Assembly: GCF_902459465.1 (NCBI RefSeq) | Contig: NC_047072.1 | Span: forward strand, 13,578,001 to 13,642,000 | Reading direction: 5' to 3' | Source of the DNA: Asterias rubens | Taxonomy: Eukaryota | DNA: 64,000 bases | The notes under the pieces: model-generated | Database searches by the model: none | The model's input: the letters and a program-made list of their open reading frames with translations, nothing else | Told to the model about the DNA's origin: nothing | Program-made: the position numbers and the translations under genes | Shown here: in pieces, positions 35,894 to 54,547 of the stretch | How the letters are laid out: each line of letters opens with the position of its first letter | Numbering within the stretch: position 1 is the first letter of the stretch

Positions 35894-38241
35894 TTTGTGA
35901 CTTGTTGGTTCTCTGCTTAAATGAAAGGCTCAAAAAGTTTAACTAAAACAATGATTAAAACACTTCTACCTCCAATCTTTCACAGTGTTACTTCTACCTC
36001 AGTCAAAACCAAAATGCATTTGTGAACAATTGTTATGCCGATATTTATTAACTATGGAATATAACTGTGTTTAAGGACCTCATTGGTCAGCACAGAAATT
36101 TGCCCGTGACTTATGAACATGTATTGTCATCTGTGGTTGGTCAGTGTCTGCAACCAATGTTGTGATTGGCTGACTGGAAAGTCGTACATAAGATGAAATA
36201 TTCCAACAGTTAGATAATTAATTAGTTAACGGTAATAATCTTGATGTGTCGACCAAAATCCCCCCCCCACCAAATAAAATAAAACATTAAAAAAATCAAT
36301 TAAAAGGAATCAATCATGAGCAATTAATAAAGGATTACGGTGATCTCACTTGTCAATCATTCCATAGATGGTGGTTGCTACACGGAATCAATGAGCTAAC
36401 TTGTGAAAAACAAACTAAGAAAGGATGTTTGTCACCAAAGCTTCTAGTGCAAAAGAATCAATATCTAATGAGCGACTCACTCTAGAAGGGGACGGGTGTT
36501 GTAGGGGTGTTTGAATCCATAGTAAGTACCTGTCATTCAGTTTTTAATGACAGGTATTGTGAATTATGAGTCAAAGAGAAGAGAAATTTCATTGCTCATT
36601 CAAATTTTGTAAAGGCAGCTGTTAGAAAACTGTGCTGTTGTAGTGGTTGAAATCAATGTTTGGCCAAGGACACGCGTTTTTTAAATTACCCTGTTCCAGT
36701 GTTCCAATTGCCCCTAATTTGCATAACTGACAATGATTGTCAGTCCTATCAGTAAATATAGGTCAGTTCTTTTTGGGTGCATTCTTTGCCATTCCTTTTA
36801 AATAGGTTTTGTCTGCAAGATATAATGTATTATTGACTTTAGGAAGACAAGTTTAATTTGGTCATACTCCGTTTCAACCAAGATTTGTCAAACCATTGGC
36901 TGAAATCTAGTCATCTCTAAGTCAGCAACCCAAACTTTCTATAGCTGCTGATGGTAGCTAAGTGGAGCACTTCAGTATCAAATTAAACTCAAATACATGG
37001 CTTTCTAAATACATTTTATGTGATTCAAATTCCTACTAAAAAGGACAAACAGTTACAAATATTCAACACAACCAGATCGTGCATTTAAGCAAATATTTTA
37101 TTGTTCCTTCAGGAAGATTATAAGATTTTATGTCAACCCTTTCTGACAAAATTATAGCATTCAAAAGAAACTAAATTCTTATTTTGTATGTGTCCATTGG
37201 TAGTGCCTTTCTTTCTGGAGTAGCTGTACTTTCCAAATTATTTTTTCTTAAAAAGAAAACTCAAATAAAATGGAGCTCTATCAAAAACAGTGAAACCCCC
37301 TGATGGTCAAGTGGTTGTACATCTCTTGATTCAAAACCTTAGTATTACTATTGCTACATTTAAAAGCAGCTTCAGCAACATTACTTATCAGGTTTCTTGC
37401 TTTTCACTTTCATTAGAGGCCTTCAGGCAGTATACCTCAGAGCAACTCCAAGTTTATACATAGGCCGTATCGGAATTGGCATTTTTAGCCATGGCTACGA
37501 CTGTTGCTAAGGACGCATGATGATGCAGCATTCCAACCGTAGCTGTAGCCGCAATTTCCGACACGGCCTTAATATGAAAATGGATTTGAAAAAATTGCTA
37601 TCAAAAAGCTCCATTTTACAATGAGCTTGAATTAAAGTTGAATGGCTCAATTTTCGCTGAAATAACTTATTGGTAAAGAATTTCCCTTTTGACAGATGGT
37701 GCCGTTTCAAAATGAAAAAAAAAAAATATATATTTTGGACTTACAAGGGAAAATCAATGCACAAAGTACATGTAACAAAATTGTTTGTACACGGCTAATG
37801 GACAAGAAATAAGGTCGGGATCCGACTATAATTCAAATTTTATTCAAAAGTTTCTTATAGCGGACTGTTGGAACGCTAACATGACAGCAGACTTGCCATG
37901 TAAACACATTGTTCTTGGCAATGTGCTCATAGAACATTATACACAATGTCATTTTACTTAGTAATCCTGCTGTCTAACTACCACTTAGCAGTGGCTGATG
38001 TTTTCATGCAATACCTAAAATGAAAGCTTAAAACTTTCTCAAACCTACAGAGAAATAATTATTTAAAATTTAAATCTAAATGTGTGGGTCAAATCAGCCT
38101 AATATCGAACCAAGCATCTTTAAAGAAAGCCATCCTTAAAAGTACACTTTGCTCTGGAGGATAATATCAATACTTGTATTGACCATTGTGTCATCCCAAA
38201 GATTTCCTTTTTGTTATTTACACATGATTTTCACAAAGAGC

Positions 38242-41200
38242 CTAATCTTCTTCTACATCCAGATCCAAGTCTTCCATTTCTTGAAAAAGAGACTCATCGA
38301 CCTCAACTCTGTCAGCTGAAAAAAATGGAAAAGAAAAGGTTGCATTAAAGTCAAGTTGTCAACAAATAAACATGAGTTGGGTCAATTTTCTCACTGAATC
38401 CTTACTCAAAATAGTTTATACTATCAACAGTTGCAGTGCTTGTCACCAAGAAATTTGTTATGTTTATTAATGTTGTCAGTATTTACAAATTTATGACTCT
38501 ACCTTTAAACCATGTAACATAATGCAGAATTTACTGTAAACATAAGAAAGCTCCAACTTACTTTCATCTAATAATGCCATATCTGAGTCAACAAGATTGT
38601 GATCTCTCTCAAAGAGCTCTTTTCCTATAAAAAACAACAACAAAAACAGGACAGAATTATTTAAAATATTAGGCACTTTCAACAACACCTGGGCCCAATT
38701 TCATAGAGCTGGTTAAGCACCCAAAGTAGCTAAGCACAACATTACACTTACCAGAATGAGATTACCAGCCCAAACACCTTGTCACATGTACAATTTGTGA
38801 CTGGTATCCTGCTCATTTTTGCTAAGCATAAAATTGTTAAGCATTTTTGTCTGCTTAAGCAGCTTAAACGCTTTGCCTGTTGCATAAAAACAAAACTCTG
38901 AAGATGCCCATTTTGTGTCTTGAATAAAGTTGTTTTCCAAGCACCAAGAACTCTTAGGTGTGTTGTGGTCGAGGCTGGACTGAAAGGGTTCTTATGACCA
39001 AGTCAGCAGGGTGTGGGTTCGAATCCCGCTTGTGACAATCGTGTCCTTGAGTAAAATACTCGGCTTTAATTCACCCAGTGGTACATGGGTACCTGTGAGG
39101 GTTGAGGTGGTTCTTTTGATTGTAGGACTGTAAATACACAGAGAGGCAGTGGCCTCTGTTGCTGCTTGTCTTAGCCTCGGTGCCCCTGCCAAACTTTCCT
39201 ATAGACTTTTAAAGACACTGGACAGTCCTGACACTATTGGTAATTGTCAAAGACTAGTCTTTACAGTTGGTGTATCTCAACATATGCATAAAATAACAAG
39301 CCTGTGAAAATTTGAGCTGCATTGGTCATCGAAGTTGCGAGATAATCATGAAAGAAAAAACACCCTAATCACACAAAGTTGTGTGCTTTCAGATGCTTGA
39401 TTTCGAGACTTCAAATTCTAAACTTGGTCTCTAAATAAAAAAAACGTGGAAAATTACTTCTTTCTCAAAAACTACGTCACTTCAGAGGGAGCTGTTTCTC
39501 ACAATGTTTTATACTATCAACCTCTCCCCATGATAAAAAATATTTTGAGTAATTACCAATAGTGTCCACTGCCTTTAAGGTTTTTGCCAAGCCCTTACAA
39601 ATATGAAATTCTAAGCCTGGATTGATTTAGCTTGGTGTATACATACTTGGCAGAACATGCTGTAAAATCTCCTGAGCCAAATTTCAGAGAGAGCTCTGCT
39701 AAGTAGAAAATATTGCTTAACAATTTTCTGCTAAGCAGAAATGAGCAGGAAACTGGATTCCACGGTGACATATTGTGCATGTGACATGGTAGTTTGGCTG
39801 GTAACCTTATTCTGGTAAACAACATTTTATAGTGCTAAAAAGCTACTTTTTGTGCTTAAGCAGCTCTATAAATATGGGCCCAGGGAGCTGAGATGATTTA
39901 AGGAATTAAATGGGGTAATTATGATCATACACAAGGAGCATTACCATTACATAAATATCAACTGTTATTGTCCGTTTTTTCTTTGTATACGTGGAACCAA
40001 CAAGATTCCCAATTTGGCATGCAGCATAAAAAAGTTAAATCTACTTTTTTTAAATTGTTATTTTGACCACCATAAACTTGCGGAAATAAAAGTTTCATGT
40101 ACGATTTTTTAAACGCCTTGAATAATCTGCAAGAAGTTTCATCAACAAAGTAATTGAAGAAGTTAAACTTTTGTAATAGAAGCCCCATAAGAATATTTGT
40201 TTACATTTTATTTGAACAGTTAGTTTCTTTAGTGGGTTACCTGAAAGTTTCTGTGACTGTGTTGCTGCCATTTTCTTTTCCCTTGCTATTAACCTTTCCT
40301 TGTCAAAACTATCTTTCCAGATAAGGAAAGATTCTATCGTCATCAGCTTCCCTTTTATTTTTAGTTCCTGAAACAAAATTAACAAGTTATACAATTAGAC
40401 CTCAGGAAGGGTAAAGACTGAAAATGTACAAAGCAATACAGAGTTGAACCTTTCCTGTTAAGTTACTAAGCTTGCTAGGAGTCCATAGTTGATTTTGATT
40501 TATTCTCTTGACACATAAACGAACATAAAGAACCTTTGTTATCCCAAATCGTGAACAAACCTTGGCCAGTCCATCAAAATCCAACAGTATGTTGTGCTTG
40601 ATTCTGTTGAACTGAGGACTGCACTAGTTAACTGATTATGCTTTACATGGGATCAGGCATACCACAATAATCAGACTTCAAAAGTGTCTCAGTGAGCGCT
40701 GTATTCATTTTTATTTTAGCATCGATGCAATGCAAAATTTTTAATCGGTTTTTCACTATTCTCTCATGACCCAGATGGACGATCGATCTCAAACTTCTAC
40801 AGGTTTGTCAGTTTATGTATATGGTGGATTACATAAAGTGCTTACACTGCCAGCAACTGTTTTGTTAGCAAAAACAATTCTGTAATGTTCCTTTAAAGTT
40901 TTATGAATTTTCCTTGACAGTTTTGAAAGATGAAAATTCTACCTCTTCCTCTCTCTTTTGATTTTCTTGTTCTTCTTCTTGTAGCTTCACTTCCTCCTGG
41001 ACTTTCTTGTCTTCATCTACTTTGTTGTTGAGGAACTGTTGAGTTTCTGAGACCAATATGAACACCATTGCCATACCCAGATTCTCTTCAATCTAAGAAC
41101 AAGTTAAATGAATGGGAGTTTTGTTTTCTCAGTTTGAAATCATTTATGTGACCTACAGTGATTTGGAGGTCATGTGAACAAATGCTCTCCAAAAAGAAAA

Positions 41201-43698
41201 TTGTTTTGAAACCCTTCCGTCTTGGAAACATCATACAGGGAGACGACCGACCATTTGAAACTATTTAACTGCATGGGTTGTACAAGGTGGCACAACTGTG
41301 CACAAGACCAAATATGTGTGCACTGTGTAGGAGCATTTGCCACATTTTAATGCAGGCTGGTTTAATCTATCATTCACAACCACAGTGGATGATATTAAAT
41401 GGTCAGACAGTAGGAGGGTTGACTGTGTACTGTGTAGATGCATTCACCACACAATATGTCATATTGAAGGCTTGCATGCGTTATCTTTCATTCAAAGCCA
41501 CAGTGGATGATATTAAACGGTCAGACAGTAGGAGGGTTGACCGTGTACTGTGTAGATGCATTCACCACACAATATGTCATATTGAAGGCTTGCATGCGTT
41601 ATATTTCATTCAAAGCCACAGCGGATGATATTAAATGGTCAGACAGTAGGAGGGTTGACTGTGTACTGTGTAGAGATGCATTCATCACACGATACGTCAT
41701 ATTGAAGGCTTGCATGTGTTATCTTTCATTCAAAGCCACAGTGGATGATATTAAATGGTCAGACAGTAGGAGGGTTGACTGTGTACTATCATTTCTACCT
41801 CCATGGTACTTTGTAGATGAATTCACCACATGATATTTAATTTTGAAGGCTGGCATACTTTATCTATCATTTACAAAAACTGTGGATGATATTGAATGGT
41901 CATACAGTAGGAGGGTTGAGAGTGTGTGCTTTCAGATGCAGTCACCACATGGTATCATATTGCAGGTTGGTAAAGTTTATCTATTGTTCTACTAAACCAG
42001 AGCTGTGCATTAAGAGAGTTGCAACAAGGGGGGCTTTGGTTCTCTTTGTCCACATGGTTGCTGGGCACAATTTTCCGTCCAAATTTACCACAACCCAGTG
42101 TGCAGTCCAGTCAAGCAGCCTCTGTGTGCACATATTCATTAAAAATGGCTTCTAATTGCTCTAGTCGCAACTCTCTCAAAACAAAGCTCTTGACTTGTGT
42201 ACTGTATGCATTTACCACATCATATTTTAGGCTGGCATACTTTACAAGTCACAAATAAACATTCATAAAACTTTGGCAAAATAATCTTTGCAGGTAATCA
42301 AATATTTGCCATTATCAATAGCTAGCGATCAAGTTTTTTTAGGGAACTTGTAGTCAACAAACTGCACTGTGTGCACAAAACATGTAACACTTTGGCAGCA
42401 CAAGAAACATTCTCCTCGCTGTAACTCACTATCACCAAGAAAAAAAAGAGAAACTTAACAGTGAATGAATTTCCTTGTGAGAGATTGCCTGAAACTGGTT
42501 CATGTAATATCTGGCACTGCCTTTAGGTTTACATTGTCATCTCCTAATTTGTTTAAGTTGCTCTCACCTGTTGTTGCAGTAATTCTGTTATCTTTTCCTG
42601 ATCTTCCTCATCTACGTTCCCGTCGTCTGTCACCTCAAATATTGGAGCTTCATCTGGGTATGTGGGTGTGTAGGTGAACTGTAGAGTTGCACTGTAGGTC
42701 TCTGAAATAAAGCAAGATGTGTTTGCAATTGAAAAACATATTCTCAGTCCAACTGATATGTTTAATCAGGTACAATCCAAGAGAAGGTGGTAATTTTTTG
42801 TTAGGGATCATCAGTTAAAAAAAAACAAGGGAGGGGAGGCTGCGGGGGGAGGGGGGGGAGGGTGGGATTGGGTAACTTACCATCCTCTTCATTTCCGGTA
42901 TCCTCTGAACACACAGTGACATGGAAGCAGTACGGATCTTCAGACAACACTAGTTTAACAAATGAAACAAAAAAAACAGTTAACTATTTAAAAAATAAAA
43001 CGATAAACAATAGGCACTGTCCCGACCTGACGACTTTACCTTTTGTATACGTCATTGTTGGGGGTACCAAGAATAATCAACTATATTTGTCTCAGATAAA
43101 TCTGACTTGATCAAACCCTCCATGATCAGACATGGTTGGAAAGTCTACAAAACTGGGATCAACAAATTAATTAAGTACATTAATTAAAACATAGAGTTCA
43201 GTTAGGAAAAATGGAAAAGTTTCCGTATGGCGCCACCACTTTTTCATTCGAAATAAAATAATATAGTATCTAATTTACCTGATTGATATATCCCTTTTTG
43301 TAAAAATGAGTGAAAAAGTGGTGGCGCCATGCGGAAAGTTATCCGGAAAAGTTTCCGTATGGCGCCACCACTTTTTTATTTGATATGAAATAATAGTATA
43401 CAGTATCTAATTTACCTCAAAGAGATATCCCTTTTTGTAAAAATGAGGGGGAAAAGTGGTGGTGCCATACGGAAAGTTATCCTTAGAATAAAGACTAATG
43501 TAATATTTATAATAACATTTTTTAAAAGAAGGAGCATTTGCAATATAATTATGCCAAACAATCAGAATCAATGCAATTGCAATCCAATGAACATGATCAT
43601 GTCTCATGATCATGATGAACAGCACCTGTGAATTCGTCTGGATAAATGGATTGCAAAGCAGCGATTTCATTTGTCTGCTCCTCCTTGTAGTCAGTCAT
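38242..43698 (-). CDS. RWDD1: RWD domain-containing protein 1 (DRG-family regulator, Gir2-like), 7 exons, 229 aa
   Basis: Exons (minus): 43698-43626, 42949-42881, 42701-42568, 41092-40943, 40367-40241, 38624-38562, 38315-38242; 690 nt. Motifs MTDYKEEQTNE, YPDEAP, EENLGMAMVF, KLSGKELFE and VEVDESLFQEMEDL match RWDD1. Confidence 0.96.
41381..41945. repeat. Intronic minisatellite, about 118-bp unit, 4-5 copies
   Basis: CACAG(T/C)GGATGATATTAAA at 41381, 41499, 41617 and 41737, with a degenerate copy near 41878. Confidence 0.9.
43213..43482. mobile_element. Head-to-tail dimer of a 132-138-bp Merlin-like MITE in RWDD1 intron 1
   Basis: Units 43213-43344 and 43345-43482, each with roughly 30-37-bp TIRs GGA(A/T)A(A/C)TTTCCGTATGGCGCCACCACTTTT and no spacer between units. 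Confidence 0.8.
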
Positions 43699-44818
43699 GG
43701 AAACTGTCCACCTTCTCAGGTAGTTAACTCTGGGTAGAATACGATACTTTGTAGCAGTTCTACATCAAGTTTTCCAACCAAAATACACCAGGCAAAGGCA
43801 CTGCAAGATTAAACTTCAGCATGTGTCTAAAACGTGTAGATCACATTCACAATAAATGTCATCACGCTAAAACGTACTAACTCGATTGAGGTAAGACTGT
43901 TTTGGTCTTTATTCAAGGGTTGATAATAATGGAGATCAATGGGTTAACATCATAGAGCTATAAGCTCTATGGTTGAAATACCACTGTTTATTTATAAAAT
44001 GATGTGATAGTTACTATTCCTCTATTAGCTTCTGTCAGGTTCAATAAAAATTGAACTAAATATTCACAATGTTGTTTGAATTTAATTCCTGTCTAAAGAT
44101 AAAAGCTTGAAATAAACACTTTTAAAAATAAAAACTAAGACCGTAAAATGTGAATAGCGCCCTCAATAATTGCGCCTTCTATTTACAAAGGCGTCTTGAG
44201 GGAAAGAATAGTGAATAGCGCTACGGAAGGTGTTTGTGCGCATGCCTAGGAGGTAATCATTCAAAATAGATGGATCGATTATTGTAGACGACGTCTGAAC
44301 GGCTGCGGGAATATAAAAGGTAATATAAGGTTACAATTTATAACTTGTTTAACTGTTGATATGGTTTTAAAATGGTAACAACCAGTGGTTTAATGGAGAA
44401 TGAGGGTAATGTGTAAGGTTGATTTTATAGAACGGGTCATTACTTGGAAAATTGTCTAAAATCAAAACGAACAACCACGAAGTTTCGATACGAACAGGAT
44501 GACGAACAACACCGCAGTTCAAATTGGGGTTCAGACAACTCGTCCGTCGGGTAACTCGACGGTTGAGACAGCTCGACCGTTCAGACAACTCGACGGACAG
44601 TTTTTTCAACTGTCAGTGTCAGACTCAGACTTATGACCAAGACTGGGCCTCAGACTAGACTAGAAGCTCAGCACAGGCTCAGCACGGGGCGCGCACAGCA
44701 ACACTACAGGGCGGGGGGGGGGTAGGGTTAGTTAGGGTTAGGATTTACAGGAAGTTCGTGTAAGTGTTGGGCACGATCGGTCAATCTGCGCGATCAACCG
44801 ATCGCGCTGCGCTATTAA

Positions 44819-45112
44819 AAGGTTTATCCTGAATAGCAAAATATCAAGAGAGGGCGCTGTTGAACCCACACAAAGATATAGGTCCTGCGTGCGCGAGTCA
44901 AAGAAACTGCATATAAAAACCGGGAAAAGTTTCCGCATGGCGCCACCACTTTTTCATTCGATATGAAATAATATAGTATCTAATTTACCTCATTGATATA
45001 TCCCTTTTTGTAAAAATGAGTGAAAAAGTGGTGGCGCCATACGGAAAGTTATCCAAAAACCGCCCCATATTCCTACCCATGATGCAATGCAGTCTGAATC
45101 ACGATAAACCTT
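44819..45112. mobile_element. MITE with TIR AAGGTTTATC, itself interrupted; uninterrupted relative at 46469-46622
   Basis: AAGGTTTATCCTGAATAGCAAAATATCAAGAG ... GAATCACGATAAACCTT; the second copy shares both ends. Confidence 0.75.
44923..45054. mobile_element. Merlin-like MITE with perfect 8-bp TSD
   Basis: AAAAACCG (44915-44922) | GGAAAAGTTTCC ... GGAAAGTTATCC | AAAAACCG (45055-45062). GG termini with an 8-bp TSD fit Merlin/IS1016 better than hAT (inference). Confidence 0.75.
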
Positions 45113-45564
45113 ATTGAAAGATCTATTGGTCGCGCAGCAATCGGTCGATCGCGCAACAATCGGTCGATCGGGCAACAATCCATCAATCGCGCAATGAACA
45201 TCTTTTCGCGATTGACCGATCTAGCTACGTGTATTTTTTTGCGAGATCAGCCGATCATGCAGGAAAGGCTTTGTGCGATCTACCGATTGTGCAGGAATGG
45301 ATTTGCGCGATCGACCGATTGTGCATGAAAAGTTTTGTACGATCAACCGATCGTGCAGGAAAAGTTTTATGCGATTGACCGATCGGGCAGGAATGGGTTT
45401 GCGCGATGTGTTACCGCAAACCTTTATATATCGTATTTCCACCATGCAAAGTTTCAAATCCTACTTAGGAATAGTATCAGTATCACTATAGTGATTTGTA
45501 TTGTGGACATCACACTTATAAAATTATCAATCTCAGATCTTTATGAAATCGGCCCCTGCTTAAT

Positions 45565-45925
45565 CGGCCGATCGCGCCTAACAATTCCTGCACAATCGGC
45601 CGATCGCGCAAAACCATTCCTGCACAATCAACTGATCGCGCAAAACCTCTGTAGCACGATCGGTCAACCGCGCAAAACCATTCCCGCACAATCGGCCGAT
45701 CGCGCAAAACCATTCCTGCACATTCGACCAATCGCGCCAAGCCATTCCCGCACGATCGGTTGATCGCGCATGTTCGTTGCCAAATGTTGCGCGATCGACT
45801 GATTGTTGAGCGATCGACCGATTGCTGCGCGACAAAAAGGTCTTTCAATAGCGCAGCGCGATCGGTTGATATCGCAGCGCGATCGGTTGATCGCGCAGAT
45901 TGACCGATAGCGCCCAACATCAACA
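45565..45925 (-). repeat. CGATCG-rich element, inverted copy
   Basis: Reverse complement begins ATGTTGATGTTGGGCGCTATCGGTCAATCTGCGCG, as at 15186. Confidence 0.9.
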
Positions 45926-47012
45926 TGTCAGTAACGGAGGTCTGTTCTACCGTTGACTTGTCTTGCTTGGCCATCCGTCGAGTTGTCTTGGCAACAAAGT
46001 CGAGTTGTCCGAACCGTTGAGTTGTCCAAACGGTCGAGCTGTCTCAACCACCGAGTTGTCAAGTTGTCTGACGGACAAGTTGTCTGACATCCTTCAAATT
46101 GATGGGCTGACAATTCGGTTCCAACAATTGCAAACCCCATCATGGTTGTCATACAAATTGGAGTTTTCCATGCCATTACCATCAGATCCTAATTACTCCG
46201 CTGTGTTTTAACAATTACTTTGAATTTGAAGTACGTATCCTTCCTTAAATATAAATTATTGAGTTTCCATTTATTTAAATTGTTAAAAATGTCAAAAGCA
46301 AAGGGCAAAACGGCAGCCCAAAAATTAAAAGGCTGTTTTACTGTTCAGATCGTAAAGCGTCCTCTTTGACGGTATAGTACTGAGTACCCTACTTTCGTTT
46401 GTCCCCAGCGCCTTGCCTTAACCAAAGGCGCTAGGTCTAGGATGGACAAACGTATCAAGCACACTCAAAAGGTTTATCGCGAATAGCAAAATATCAAGAG
46501 AGGACCTGTTGAACCCAAACAAAGATATAGACCATGCATGCGTATGTCGTGCATGACAACATACATACACCGCGGTAGCAACTACCCATAACGCATTGCG
46601 GTTCTGAATCGCAATAAACCTTATTGCACATGACTGTGTTTCTCATGTGAAATGAATGTAGGTCAAAGTTGCATGTACATGCCGGCTGGAGGCCGGTCTC
46701 TGGCGTTATTCATGAGCCTCGAAGTGTAAAGTCAGATGTTCAGGCTAACCTACATTAAGATAAAATTTCCAAAATTGTCATTCACATCGCGGTACTTTGG
46801 TAATGGTAGAGTAGAGAACAACGCTGCATTTTTTAGAAAATAAAATTCAATATTATTGCATTTTTCAGAAAAACTAGGGTATTCATGTTTTTGTTGTTGT
46901 CAAATGCTAACTTGGGAATGTTTTATGGTTTACTTTACATACTTAGTACATTTTTGTTTGAAGTCATAATTGAACTTAAACAAGTAATTTTGCAATTGAT
47001 TTTCCAGCAAAA

Positions 47013-54547
<7,535 letters not shown>

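Larger units (their letters stand above)
44765..45410 (+). repeat. CGATCG-rich element, diverged copy interrupted by nested MITEs
   Basis: Matches the 15186 element before 44816 and again after 45113. Confidence 0.85.

Noticed and set aside
44722-44744. Interstitial telomere (TTAGGG-like)
   Set aside because: Only two to three imperfect units, more likely part of a repeat element.
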